Positions 33,679 through 43,903 of a DNA stretch of 64,000 nucleotides are shown piece by piece. The translations under genes and the position numbers were made by a program. The stretch is from Rubripirellula sp. (GTDB lineage: Bacteria; Planctomycetota; Planctomycetia; Pirellulales; Pirellulaceae), in assembly GCA_965216875.1 (NCBI GenBank), contig OZ244207.1, positions 5,088,001-5,152,000 on the forward strand, in the 5' to 3' direction. The first letter of the stretch is position 1; each line of letters starts with the position of its first letter. Below the pieces are notes generated by a model. The model searched no databases and was not told the origin of the DNA. It worked only from the letters and a program-made list of their open reading frames with translations.

Positions 33679-34197
33679 ATGTCCCCGATTTCCAAACGCC
33701 TCGCCCAACTCGTCGTCCTCTCGATGCTGGCCATCGGTTCGACGGGCTGCCAAACGTTCAACCTGGACAAGGCCTTTTCGCTTCACGGCAATGACGAGCG
33801 GTATGTGGGGCTCGAACCCGCCTTCGCCGGTGACCAAGCCGAAGAGATCTATCACAAGGTCCGGCAAGCGGCCGCTTCCAACTCGATCGTGCTGAACGTG
33901 ATCGGGGACAGCGAAGTCCGTGTCCTGCCACTGCCACCGGGGCAAAAGTCGGTCTTCGTCAGCAACCTGCTCAAGGACACCGGCGTGCTGAAGAAACTCG
34001 GAACGATCGACGCGGTCATGTACCGACACTCCAAAGACACGATCGGCGGCATCCGGATGAACGTCCAGATGACCAACGACAAACGCACGGTCCGCCCAGA
34101 GAGCGACTACGCGCTCAAACCGGGTGATCGGCTTGAGGTTCGCAAGGCAACCCATCCGACGATCGACAAGTTGATCGAAATGGCGATCGGAGTTTAG
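33679..34197 (+). CDS. Hypothetical lipoprotein (possibly SLBB/beta-grasp-like C-terminus)
   Basis: Lipobox-like STGC after a hydrophobic stretch; DYALKPGDRLEV motif. Confidence 0.65.
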   Translation: MSPISKRLAQLVVLSMLAIGSTGCQTFNLDKAFSLHGNDERYVGLEPAFAGDQAEEIYHKVRQAAASNSIVLNVIGDSEVRVLPLPPGQKSVFVSNLLKDTGVLKKLGTIDAVMYRHSKDTIGGIRMNVQMTNDKRTVRPESDYALKPGDRLEVRKATHPTIDKLIEMAIGV

Positions 34198-34202
34198 CCA
34201 AC

Positions 34203-34237
34203 AAAAAACCGCACCGTCCGAAACGAACGATGCGGCC
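34203..34237 (-). terminator. Probable rho-independent terminator downstream of the DUF1080 gene
   Basis: Minus strand CCGCATCGTTCG-TTT-CGGACGGTGCGG-TTTTTT. Confidence 0.6.
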
Positions 34238-34280
34238 TCGTTGTCTTTGATGACCGTCTCTGATGGCCTCAGGGCCAACC

Positions 34281-34925
34281 TCAGTCGAGAGGCTTCACGC
34301 GAAGGTTGCGGAAGTAGACCTTGCTTTCGGGGTCGTGAGCTTGCAAGGCGAATGTGCCTTCACCGATCAAGCGTTGGAAGCCACCCTGGGCAGGTTGCTG
34401 GCCGTCGGGTTCGGTGTAATCGACCATCGTCTTACCGTTGAGGATCAACTTGACGTTCTTGCCTTTGACGATGATTTCCTGGGTGTACCATTCGTTGTCT
34501 TTGACACCCGGATCGGCCACGTTGATGACGCCGTAAAGGCTGCTCGTTTTCTTGGGGTCTTTGTGCGACACATTGACCTGGCACTCAAAACCTTGCTTGG
34601 GCCAGTTTTCAGCTTGGTACTTGGTGTGGAAATAGATGCCAGCGTTGCTGCCAGGCGTTGTCATCACTTCAGCTTTGAAGTGAAAGTTCTTGAGAGGTGC
34701 GAGGTCACCATCGTAGAAAAGGTGACATCGCGGGCCATCGCAGACGAGCATTCCGTCGACGACCTTCCAGCTTTCGGGATTCTCTTCGGCCTTCTTCCAG
34801 CCATCGAGCGACTTGCCGTCAAAGAGTGCGACAAAACCATCTTCGGTTGCTGGCTTGTCAGCAGCAGCAGGAACAGCAACGACGGCTGCAACGAGAGCCA
34901 ACAGGGTGCAAAGGATCTTGTTCAT
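34281..34925 (-). CDS. DUF1080 secreted protein
   Basis: Signal peptide, ALFDGKSLDGW, NAGIYFHT, GFECQV, TSSLY, ALQAHDP, FRNLRVK. Confidence 0.9.
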   Translation of the reverse strand: MNKILCTLLALVAAVVAVPAAADKPATEDGFVALFDGKSLDGWKKAEENPESWKVVDGMLVCDGPRCHLFYDGDLAPLKNFHFKAEVMTTPGSNAGIYFHTKYQAENWPKQGFECQVNVSHKDPKKTSSLYGVINVADPGVKDNEWYTQEIIVKGKNVKLILNGKTMVDYTEPDGQQPAQGGFQRLIGEGTFALQAHDPESKVYFRNLRVKPLD

Positions 34926-34963
34926 AGGGAGGTGTTTCGTTGTGGTGGGTGTTGTGGGGTGGG

Positions 34964-35006
34964 AAAAGAAAACCGCTTGCTGACACAGGGCCGGCAAGCG
35001 GTTTTC
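34964..35006 (-). terminator. Rho-independent terminator after the small cytochrome gene
   Basis: Minus strand GAAAACCGCTTGC...GCAAGCGGTTTTC followed by TTTT. Confidence 0.65.
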
Positions 35007-35052
35007 AGTATTCAAATGCAAGCCACTTGATTCAAACGCTAGCCACTGGGAC

Positions 35053-35451
35053 TTAGCCGTCCAAACCAGCGTCGGTCGCAGGCAGTTCGCCCGCTTTGAT
35101 CTTTTCGCCGAAGGTCTTGCCGTCCGAGCTCTTCATCTCGTTGGTCTTCTTGATGCCTTCCAAGATCTTCTTCTTTGCTTCTTCTGGATTCTCCTTCACC
35201 CAATCTTTGGGGAAGTCTTTCGAGTCCAGGAACTTGTGCATGGCTTTGCCATACTCGTTGCGAGCTTCGTCTTTCTTCTTGCCTTTGACGTGGCAGATAT
35301 AACAGCCAGCCTTGCGACCCTTCTTTTTGAATTCGTCGCTGGCTTCCTCGCCCAAGTACTCGTTCTTCCATTGCTTGCTGAACTCGCTGATACCCATCGC
35401 AGGTGTCGCGAACAACAGAAGACAGCCCAACAGCATTGCCAATCGTTTCAT
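35053..35451 (-). CDS. Small exported monoheme cytochrome c-like protein
   Basis: Signal peptide, CYICH heme motif, RNEYG motif, Lys-rich. Confidence 0.75.
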   Translation of the reverse strand: MKRLAMLLGCLLLFATPAMGISEFSKQWKNEYLGEEASDEFKKKGRKAGCYICHVKGKKKDEARNEYGKAMHKFLDSKDFPKDWVKENPEEAKKKILEGIKKTNEMKSSDGKTFGEKIKAGELPATDAGLDG

Positions 35452-35704
35452 TAATCTCTCCGGGGGTGATTAAAGCATCCCCGCTCCAGCAACCGGGCGA
35501 ACGGGGTCATTTCAGGTGGGTGGGTAGACTCGTAGGAATCAACCTCACAGGGGGATCACTCGGACCTACGAATCCATGGCGAATCGGCAGACATCTCACG
35601 CGTTTGGTCGACGGCGAGTCCGATTGAATCGTCCAATCGGCGTCCTAGCCTCGATCGCTCTACCCCCAATTAAGTCTCACCGAGGTCGAAAAGTCAAATC
35701 AGCT

Positions 35705-38587
35705 TCACAATTCCCTTGGTAAAACCGAACCGTCCGAGACCGTTGCGTTTGCTCCCGATCCCAGCCCAATTGCTTCCATATTCGGCAAAATCGGCAGCAA
35801 AGCCTCCGAAAATCCACCTCTCACCGCCCCATCGAGCCTGTAATCGGACGGAGCCAATTGGTTGGGAGACGCGTCAGAAAGCCGCCGTGAGAGCCAATAA
35901 ACTTTCCACCGCGGCGACACTTCGTCGGGCCATCGTTGCGACAAATCGTTGAATCGAGCCAGTTCTTCACCCTGGGTGTCCCGAATCACCATCAGCGGGG
36001 CGGCGAGCGTCGCGTCGGTGTCATACGAGTTGCTCGAGCCACGCAACTGCAGCAATGACGAATCGAGTGCGAACAGGTCGGGCGCGACAAACTCAAAGTG
36101 AGGCTCGTCCCGCTCGACAACAAAAACACAATCCTGAGCGAATCGATCGACGGCCACCGGAAACGCTCCGTTGGCTCGCAACCACATCCGCAGGATTCCC
36201 TTGCCGGTGTGCGAGGTCAACCGAGTGAACTGCAATTGAATCGGTGGTGATGTCGGCGAAAGTTCGACGTTGGCTCCGGTCGTGTCGATCATCAAGTCCG
36301 AAATCGCGAGCAGGCCGTTGTCCCACGAAACCTGCAAGGCAACAGCGGGCTCCATCCGAATCATCCCCGCCTGACCGCGAATGATGACGTTGTTGAGTTC
36401 GATACCAACAAGCGGTAGGCCTCGATCTTCCGATTCGTCAGCGTCTTCCGACCCAAGGATTTCAAACGCGTAGACCTGCTCACGCTGGGCGGGATTGTCA
36501 ATCGTGACACTGCAATCTGTCATTCGAACTGACGGTGAATACCCCACTTCAAAGAGCGTTCCGCCAGTGCTTTGCCCGCTCGGGACTCGCCACACAAAGT
36601 GCAGATCTTCTAACTCGATGCGGTGATCACCAAGGTTGAGCATCGACAATCGGTCACCATCGATCGACTCTTCCGGTTGAAACACGATCACGCTCCCACC
36701 GGCTACCGACGAGGTGACACGGTGATTCTCACGAAACACCGTCGATGCCTCACAGTAGAGGACCGGAACGGCGATTTCGATGTGATCAACGCCGTACTGA
36801 TCGGCCAATTCAAACGCGTCGGCGAGTTTTGTCGCCAAGACGGCGCCATCCGAGTCGCGGCCCCCGCCAAACGTCACTTCCGAAGCGACCACTCGGATCG
36901 CGGGTGGCCGAACCGTTTCGAACGGATCAAGCATCACCGAGCCGTCGTTGTCGCTCGCTTCGTCTTGCGCAAACGCTGGACCTTGCTCGACGGTTTCTTG
37001 GTCGCCGGTCGCTCCGCCATTGGTTTCTTCCCTGACCTCTGGCGCGGCGGGCGGCTCTTGGACGCCATTCGGACTCGACTCGTTGCCTTCCTCGTTGCGG
37101 TCAGCTGCGCCGTTGGCTGGCCGCCCTGTGTTTGTGACTTCGTCAGTGCCCTGGGCCGAGGGCTGATCGCCCTCGGATGATGAAGCAGGGATCGGTGGTG
37201 GAGGTGGAACGGTTTTCGTTGACTTCTCGAGCTTGACCGCCGTATCGGGAACGGTCAATTCTTGTTGCGACGCAAGCGAATCGAGATGCAACCATCCGAC
37301 GGTCGCCAGCAACAAAGTCAGCGCCACCACCCACGGAGCGTGAGTTTCCAACCACTCGACAATCGGATTGGGTTGGCGAATCGCGACGGGGCCAATCGCT
37401 TGACTGCGAGTCAATCCATCGAGAAACGCCACTTCTCGCAAGTCGGCGATCAGATCGTCAGCCGTTTGATAACGATCGGCCGGGTTTTTGGCGAGCATCT
37501 TCTGGATCACCGCCATCAGTTCGTCGCTCACCTCGCCACGAAGTTCGCGCGCGTCTGGTGGCGGAGCGTTTCCGTGACTGAGTAGTTTTTGCAGCATCGT
37601 TCCGCCCGGATAAGGCGGACGCCCGGTCAACATGAAATAGAGCGTGCAACCGAGCGAGTAAATGTCGCTTCGCAAATCAGCATCGCGCGGATCGCGTGCC
37701 TGTTCGGGCGAGATGTAGTCGAACGTCCCGAGCGTGACGCCACTGGCCGTCATGTCCTCGCTGATCTCAAAGTTCTCGGAACGAGCCAAGCCCATGTCCA
37801 CGAGCTTGATCTTGTCTTCGTCACCGATCAACACGTTCGATGGTTTGATGTCGCGGTGCACGATGCCGCGATCCGACGCATGTTGCAACGCCGCGGCAAG
37901 CTGACAGGTGTAAAAGACCGCGTCATCAATTGGCAGCACGCCGCCATTGATCACCATGTCACGAATGTTCGTTCCGCGAATGTACTCGAAAACGATGTAG
38001 TGCCATTCACCATCGTTGCCGACATCGAACACACGCGCAATGCGTGGGTGGTCAAGCTTCGCCGCACTTTGCGCTTCATTCCGAAACCGACGCTGCAAGT
38101 CGGGGTCATCACCGACAAACGGAATCACCTTAATCGCAACGACACGATCAAGCTGTTCATCGCGGGCGCGAAACACGGCGCCCATGCCACCGCCACCAAT
38201 CAACTCTTCCAAGTAGAAATGGTTCAGACGCTGACCAAGCAATACCTTTGCCACCGTGGCAGGCGAACGTTCCACATGGTCGCCTGCACGTTTGATCGCG
38301 CGAGACGACCCACGAATCACCGTCTTGGCTTGCTCAAGCTGCTGATCTTCGAGCTGGTCTTTGATGGCGCTGCCGCCGCTGCGTTGACTGTCCGATTCGC
38401 CCGAGGCCCCGCTGGCAGAGCCCGGTGTCCCGCTGGCAGAACCCGGTGTCGCCTCGGATGAGGCAGGAGTCGATTCGCGGCGCGCGGTTTCATCGTCGCT
38501 ACCCAAGCCAGCAGCGTCAGGACTTCGGTGCACCGTCGAAGCTTCAGGTCGGATCGAATCGTCTTCGGACGCCATCACAGAAAACAC
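35705..38587 (-). CDS. Membrane Ser/Thr protein kinase (Hanks type) with large C-terminal domain
   Basis: IGGGGMGAVF, VAIKV, HRDIKPSN, DMGLA, GTFDYISPEQ, SDIYSLG; one TM segment then an acidic linker and a beta-rich domain. Confidence 0.92.
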   Translation of the reverse strand: MFSVMASEDDSIRPEASTVHRSPDAAGLGSDDETARRESTPASSEATPGSASGTPGSASGASGESDSQRSGGSAIKDQLEDQQLEQAKTVIRGSSRAIKRAGDHVERSPATVAKVLLGQRLNHFYLEELIGGGGMGAVFRARDEQLDRVVAIKVIPFVGDDPDLQRRFRNEAQSAAKLDHPRIARVFDVGNDGEWHYIVFEYIRGTNIRDMVINGGVLPIDDAVFYTCQLAAALQHASDRGIVHRDIKPSNVLIGDEDKIKLVDMGLARSENFEISEDMTASGVTLGTFDYISPEQARDPRDADLRSDIYSLGCTLYFMLTGRPPYPGGTMLQKLLSHGNAPPPDARELRGEVSDELMAVIQKMLAKNPADRYQTADDLIADLREVAFLDGLTRSQAIGPVAIRQPNPIVEWLETHAPWVVALTLLLATVGWLHLDSLASQQELTVPDTAVKLEKSTKTVPPPPPIPASSSEGDQPSAQGTDEVTNTGRPANGAADRNEEGNESSPNGVQEPPAAPEVREETNGGATGDQETVEQGPAFAQDEASDNDGSVMLDPFETVRPPAIRVVASEVTFGGGRDSDGAVLATKLADAFELADQYGVDHIEIAVPVLYCEASTVFRENHRVTSSVAGGSVIVFQPEESIDGDRLSMLNLGDHRIELEDLHFVWRVPSGQSTGGTLFEVGYSPSVRMTDCSVTIDNPAQREQVYAFEILGSEDADESEDRGLPLVGIELNNVIIRGQAGMIRMEPAVALQVSWDNGLLAISDLMIDTTGANVELSPTSPPIQLQFTRLTSHTGKGILRMWLRANGAFPVAVDRFAQDCVFVVERDEPHFEFVAPDLFALDSSLLQLRGSSNSYDTDATLAAPLMVIRDTQGEELARFNDLSQRWPDEVSPRWKVYWLSRRLSDASPNQLAPSDYRLDGAVRGGFSEALLPILPNMEAIGLGSGANATVSDGSVLPREL

Positions 38588-38834
38588 ATCACCGAAGTGA
38601 GGTGTTCATTCCATAGCTCGCTTTGTCAAAGAAAAGAAAGGTCTACCCAATACCGAGCTCAAACCAACGGCTGCGCGATGTGCGAGTGCGTTGTCTGAAC
38701 CTGTTCTGGGCGGGTCGCGGCCACGCCATCAGTCTAGTTTCATCGTAAAACACGGTCAACAAATCCGCACGGTTGCAGGTAACATGTGCGGTGAATCGCA
38801 CGTCGCTTCCTCACCACTCCCACCTGTATCAATC

Positions 38835-40211
38835 GTGACGATTATCCCCACCCTCTGCTCACGAATCCTGTTCGTTCTCTCCACCACTTTCTTGGCGTTT
38901 GGAGCACCAATCGAAGGGGCCGAGCCGACTGCGGCCAGCCCATCGCAGAACATCCTCTTGATCATCGTCGACGATCTGGGTTTTGGTGATTTGTCATGCC
39001 AGGGTGCCGAGGATCTCAAGACGCCCCACCTCGACAACCTCATTGCTGACTCTCTCAAGCTCAATCGGCTCTACGCAAACTGCCCCGTTTGTTCGCCCAC
39101 CCGTGCATCCGTCATCACAGGCTGCTACCCCGACCGCGTGGGTGTACCGGGCGTCATTCGAACACACGACACCAATAGTTGGGGATACTTTCAACCGGGC
39201 GCCGCCACACTGCCGCAGCAGCTTGATGACCTGAACTACAAGACAGGCGCGATCGGCAAGTGGCATCTCGGCCTACGAGAAGAAAACCACCCACTGCATC
39301 GCGGTTTCGATTTCTTCAAGGGTTTTCTCGGCGACATGATGGACGACTACTACCATCATCGTCGCCACAACGTGAACTACATGCGGGAAGGCCACAAGAC
39401 GATCGAGCCCAAAGGTCACGCGACTGACCTCTTTTCTGATTGGGCGATCGACTTTGTTCAATCCAACCGATCGAACGAACAGCCATGGTTCCTGTACCTC
39501 GCCTACAACGCTCCGCACACGCCCATTCAACCGCCCGAGGATTGGCTCGCAAAAGTCAAGAAACGTCAACCTGAGATCAGCGACCAACGCGCGAAATTGG
39601 TTGCCTTGATTGAGCACATGGACGCGGGAATTGGTCGAGTCATCGATGCGCTGCATTCATCGGACCAATACAACGAGACGATGATCGTCTTCACCAGCGA
39701 CAACGGTGGCCAAGTCAATGTTGGCGCTAACAACGGACCGCTTCGTGATGGCAAGCAATCGATGTACGAGGGAGGCCTTCGTATCCCCGGCAGTATCCGG
39801 ATCCCAGGCCGAACTCAAAGCGGATCATCAACCGATGATGTCTGCGCAACCATGGACTTTTTGCCAACGCTTGTCGAAGCCGCCGGCGGAAAACCGACCG
39901 GTGACCTCGACGGACGCTCGCTGTTGCCTCTAGTAGACGATCCAACGGCAACGCTCCCGCTACGCGAACTCTACTTCGTTCGCCGTGAAGGCGGCACACG
40001 CTACGCTGGCATGACGATCGAAGCTTTGCTCTATGACAACTTCAAACTCGTCCACAACCTGCCCACTCAAGAACTCGAGTTGTTTCATCTCGGCGACGAT
40101 CCGATGGAAACAAACAATCTGGCCACCAAGCAACCCAAAGTCTTTCGCGAAATGGTTCGCCAGATGCAACGGCACATCCAACGGGGCGGCCGCGTGAGCT
40201 GGCAGAAGTGA
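38835..40211 (+). CDS. Formylglycine-dependent (S1) sulfatase
   Basis: NILLIIVDDLG, CSPTRAS, GKWHLG, APHTP, SDNG, YEGG.R.P; start uncertain. Confidence 0.93.
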   Translation: MTIIPTLCSRILFVLSTTFLAFGAPIEGAEPTAASPSQNILLIIVDDLGFGDLSCQGAEDLKTPHLDNLIADSLKLNRLYANCPVCSPTRASVITGCYPDRVGVPGVIRTHDTNSWGYFQPGAATLPQQLDDLNYKTGAIGKWHLGLREENHPLHRGFDFFKGFLGDMMDDYYHHRRHNVNYMREGHKTIEPKGHATDLFSDWAIDFVQSNRSNEQPWFLYLAYNAPHTPIQPPEDWLAKVKKRQPEISDQRAKLVALIEHMDAGIGRVIDALHSSDQYNETMIVFTSDNGGQVNVGANNGPLRDGKQSMYEGGLRIPGSIRIPGRTQSGSSTDDVCATMDFLPTLVEAAGGKPTGDLDGRSLLPLVDDPTATLPLRELYFVRREGGTRYAGMTIEALLYDNFKLVHNLPTQELELFHLGDDPMETNNLATKQPKVFREMVRQMQRHIQRGGRVSWQK

Positions 40212-40242
40212 CGGAGCGTTAGAGGACCTCTGACCGACTCAC

Positions 40243-40293
40243 CGTAGCTACCTTCGCCAGAAGGTGGTTCCACGCTCTGGCGAGCGTAGCTAC
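40243..40293. repeat. GTAG-type REP doublet, family A (minimal spacer)
   Basis: CGTAGCTACCTTCGCCAGAAGGTGG-TT-CCACGCTCTGGCGAGCGTAGCTAC. Confidence 0.85.
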
Positions 40294-40349
40294 AAAGACA
40301 TAGGTCCCGATGCAATTTGGCGCGTTCGGCTCACAAACGCCAGCCATCC

Positions 40350-41486
40350 TCATTGTGCCTGCAACAACTCGTCCTCGAGGAGATGGCAATACGCGTCGTA
40401 ACGCCGCGCATCGATGCGACCGTCGGCCACCGCGTCTTTGACGGCACAATCGTCTTCAGTCAAATGCAAACAATCGGGATAGCGACACTGATTGACGTAA
40501 GGCCGCACGTCCCGCATCAGGCCAGCAACTTCGTTGGCCGCGATGTCCCACAACTGAAACTGGCGGATGCCCGGCGTGTCAAAGACAGCCCCGCCTCCTT
40601 CGGTCGGAATCAGCTGCGCCGCCGTTGTGGTATGTCGGCCCTTATTGTTGTCACGGCTCACTTCCGCCACGGCCAAACCCAAACCAGGTTGAATCGCATT
40701 GAGCAAACTGCTCTTGCCAACACCACTCTGGCCGGCAAGTGCCGTTTGTTTCCCGTCAAGCAACGCGCGAAGGTATTCGACGTTGGTGCCCGTCTCGGCG
40801 GACGTCGTCAGGACGCGGTATCCCATACTTGCGTAGACACCAAGCATTGGTTGTAGCGCCACAGGATCGACCAAATCGACTTTGTTGATGACCACAACAG
40901 GCTGAACTTCGCACTGCTCGGCGGTCAACAAGAATCGGTCGATCAAACCGAGTTTGAGAGAGGGTTGTTGAGCGCTGGCGATGATCAATAAGTAATCGAC
41001 ATTCGCCACGATGACGTGTTGTCGACCGCGACTCGCACGGCAGATCAGTCCATGACGTGGCTCGATCTGTTCGATCATTCCGTCACGCGGCGATTCGGCA
41101 CGCAACTTCACGCGGTCGCCCGCGACAACCACGTTGCGCTGCTCGATCGAAAGCGACTTGAGAACCTGCCTCACAGCACAGTCGTACATTTCGCCATCGT
41201 CGCCAAGAACGCGGCTTTTCAGCCCATGAACACTGATGACACGTCCGGTGATGAGTGGCGAATCAGACGAATTGCCGCCGTTGGCAGCGGTCGATTCATC
41301 GTTTTCGACGACCGTCCGTTTTCGAGTCAGCTCGCCTTTGCCACTGACTCGTTCACCCTGCGAGATGTCGGCCAAGTCATCTTGGTCGCCACCAGTGAAT
41401 TGACGCGTCAGGTCTCCTTTACGAACGCGCCCTTGGTACTTCTTTCGAAAGTCAGCGCGTCGTTTCGAGCCTTTCTTTTTCCCCAT
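40350..41486 (-). CDS. rsgA: Ribosome small subunit-dependent GTPase A
   Basis: [37 protein letters not shown] Zn finger. Confidence 0.95.
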   Translation of the reverse strand: MGKKKGSKRRADFRKKYQGRVRKGDLTRQFTGGDQDDLADISQGERVSGKGELTRKRTVVENDESTAANGGNSSDSPLITGRVISVHGLKSRVLGDDGEMYDCAVRQVLKSLSIEQRNVVVAGDRVKLRAESPRDGMIEQIEPRHGLICRASRGRQHVIVANVDYLLIIASAQQPSLKLGLIDRFLLTAEQCEVQPVVVINKVDLVDPVALQPMLGVYASMGYRVLTTSAETGTNVEYLRALLDGKQTALAGQSGVGKSSLLNAIQPGLGLAVAEVSRDNNKGRHTTTAAQLIPTEGGGAVFDTPGIRQFQLWDIAANEVAGLMRDVRPYVNQCRYPDCLHLTEDDCAVKDAVADGRIDARRYDAYCHLLEDELLQAQ

Positions 41487-41489
41487 GCT

Positions 41490-43511
41490 TTACGATGGGT
41501 CGTTGACGACCGGCTCTTCCGATTCCGATGGACTGGCTTCCTCGTCACTTGTCGGCTCCGACTCTTTCTCGGCTGCCTGTTTGGCTTGGATCGACAGTCC
41601 AATCAAGTCGGTCAACTCGGCTTCGCCAAGCTCTTCGTGTTCGAGCAACGACCGCGTGATCTTTTCGAGATCTTCACGATGTTCTCGAAGCAGTTGCTCG
41701 GCTTTTTGATCCGCTTCAAGCAAAATGCGAGCCACCTCTTCGTCGATCAACTCTTGCGTGTGCTCGCTGAATTGACGCGACTGATGAATCTCCCGTCCCA
41801 AGAACGGATCTTCGTCGCTCGTTTTGTAGCTGACCGGGCCGATCTTGGGACTCATGCCCCAGTGAGTGACCATGCGTCGCGCGATGCTGGTCGCCCGCTC
41901 AAGGTCATTCTCAGCACCAACGCAGGTCTCGGTGTAGACAATTTTTTCTGCCGCACGTCCGCCAAGCAGCACAATCAACTGGTGCTCAAGCTCGCGTTTG
42001 CTGATGCTCAATCGGTCTTCGTTGGGAACATATTGAGTCACACCAAGGGCGCGACCGCGCGGAATGATCGTGACCTTGTGGACAACATGAGCACCATCGA
42101 GGTGCCAGGCGGTCAAAGTGTGTCCCGCTTCGTGATAGGCCGTCTTTTCCTTCTCGCTATCCTGCAAGACCTCTTCGCGTTTGGCACCCATCAAGATCTT
42201 GTCGCGTGCGTGATCAAAATCACTCATGTCGACGATTTTCTTGTCATGTCGAGCTGCCCACAATGCAGCTTCGTTGACCATGTTTCGAATATCGGCACCT
42301 GTCAGACCGACGGTCCCGGCGGCAAGCCGCTTGAGGTCGACATTGTCCGACAGCGGTACGTCGCGGACGTGCACTTTGAAGATCGCTTCACGACCTTTCA
42401 TCGTTGGCCGCCCAACCGTGATGTGGCGATCGAATCGACCGGGTCGAAGCAGCGCTGGGTCAAGAACATCGGGACGGTTGGTCGCGGCAACCACGATCAC
42501 TGCTTGGCTTCCCGTAAAACCATCCATCTCGCCAAGGATTTGGTTCAACGTCTGTTCACGTTCGTCATGACCGCCGCCCAAGCCGGCGCCACGCTGTCGC
42601 CCAACCGCATCGATCTCGTCGATGAAGATGATCGCTGGGCTTTGTTCCTTGGCCGTCTTGAACAGGTCGCGAACACGGCTGGCACCCACACCGACAAACA
42701 TCTGGATGAACTCACTGCCGTTGACCGAAAAGAACGGCACTTCGGCTTCGCCGGCAATGGCGCGAGCCAAGAGCGTCTTTCCGGTTCCGGGAGGTCCATT
42801 GAGCAACACGCCCTTGGGAACTCGCCCGCCAAGCTTTTGGAACTTCTCAGGCGTTTTGAGGAAGTCGACGATCTCTTGAAGGTCTGCTTTGACGCCTTCC
42901 AAACCGGCAACATCACCAAAGGTGACCATCTTCTCGCTCGCTTCGAATCGCTTCGCAGGGCTCTTGCTGAACCCTGAGAGGAAACCTCCGCCCATGATGT
43001 CGCTACGCGTTCGCCGCAGCATCATGAATAGGAAGAAGAGAATCGCGAGCGGCAAAATAATGAACGCGATCAGACTGATAATCGTCTGAGTGTTATCAGG
43101 ATCGAGCTGGTTGAAGGAAACGTTCGCTTTTTCGAGGCGGGCTTCGAGCTGCGCGGCCGCCTCAGGGCCAACCGCACGATTGAAGACGAATTCCTTCTTG
43201 AATTGTTTGGGCTCGCCATTGTCGTCGAGCTGCGGCTTTTTGACCCCATCGACGTACACGGGCGGCATGTTCGGTGGAACTTTGAAGCTGCCGTAAACTC
43301 GGCGTTCACCGATTTTGACCATCTCGACATTGTCGAGCTCCAGCTGCTCGTAAAAGAAACTGGTCGCAATTGGCGAGCGGTCGTCGTCGCTTCGATAGAA
43401 CAGCAATGCCACCAGACCCGCGACGATCAAAGCGATCAGAAGCGAATTGTTATTCCGTCTGGGTTGGTTATCCGGTCCCGAAGGCCCGTTTGCGTCCGAC
43501 TTATTGTCCAT
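41490..43511 (-). CDS. ftsH: ATP-dependent zinc metalloprotease FtsH
   Basis: Two TM segments, [42 protein letters not shown]. Confidence 0.96.
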   Translation of the reverse strand: MDNKSDANGPSGPDNQPRRNNNSLLIALIVAGLVALLFYRSDDDRSPIATSFFYEQLELDNVEMVKIGERRVYGSFKVPPNMPPVYVDGVKKPQLDDNGEPKQFKKEFVFNRAVGPEAAAQLEARLEKANVSFNQLDPDNTQTIISLIAFIILPLAILFFLFMMLRRTRSDIMGGGFLSGFSKSPAKRFEASEKMVTFGDVAGLEGVKADLQEIVDFLKTPEKFQKLGGRVPKGVLLNGPPGTGKTLLARAIAGEAEVPFFSVNGSEFIQMFVGVGASRVRDLFKTAKEQSPAIIFIDEIDAVGRQRGAGLGGGHDEREQTLNQILGEMDGFTGSQAVIVVAATNRPDVLDPALLRPGRFDRHITVGRPTMKGREAIFKVHVRDVPLSDNVDLKRLAAGTVGLTGADIRNMVNEAALWAARHDKKIVDMSDFDHARDKILMGAKREEVLQDSEKEKTAYHEAGHTLTAWHLDGAHVVHKVTIIPRGRALGVTQYVPNEDRLSISKRELEHQLIVLLGGRAAEKIVYTETCVGAENDLERATSIARRMVTHWGMSPKIGPVSYKTSDEDPFLGREIHQSRQFSEHTQELIDEEVARILLEADQKAEQLLREHREDLEKITRSLLEHEELGEAELTDLIGLSIQAKQAAEKESEPTSDEEASPSESEEPVVNDPS

Positions 43512-43780
43512 GAATTGTGCCGATCAAGTACTTTCCCGTGGCTCAAATACCACGTATTGGCTGAGACTGCTGACATTCCTTGCGAGCAAGCCTAGCACGC
43601 TAAATTCACTGTAGTTGGCCGTCAAAGCGACGAATCGTCACCGGCAAGGTGGGCCACCTGACCGCCTTGGCGTCCCGGTTTGGACCCCCAACGACCAAAT
43701 GGTTCCCCAGATTGTACCGGCTGACCTCGAAAGTGACTAACCGCGATTGACACCCGGCAATCACCTATTCTTGGTCCGCT

Positions 43781-43854
43781 GGCGCTGTCCGCCTCGGTCC
43801 CCGCTGACGCTGTCCGCATGGTGCCCGCAGGCGCTGTCCACCTCGGTGCCCGCA
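43781..43854. repeat. Three imperfect 24-25 bp GC-rich tandem repeats in the recQ-ftsH spacer
   Basis: GGCGCTGTCCGCCTCGGTCCCCGCT / GACGCTGTCCGCATGGTGCCCGCA / GGCGCTGTCCACCTCGGTGCCCGCA. Confidence 0.6.
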
Positions 43855-43903
43855 GACTGCCCGCGGCCCGGCCAACGATCAGGGCTACGCCGAGCACCGA
43901 GTG

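Noticed and set aside
35452..35704. Possible riboswitch or ncRNA upstream of the small cytochrome gene
   Set aside because: Only short hairpins; no recognisable riboswitch consensus by eye
38409..38453. 21-nt tandem duplication (TPGSASG x2) in the kinase N-terminus
   Set aside because: Ordinary low-complexity linker expansion
41016..42977. 653-aa plus-strand ORF
   Set aside because: Antisense shadow of ftsH/rsgA; no motifs; long antisense ORFs are expected with GC-rich codon bias
43622..43897. 91-aa minus-strand ORF in the recQ-ftsH spacer
   Set aside because: Runs through tandem repeats, no recognisable motif, weak start context
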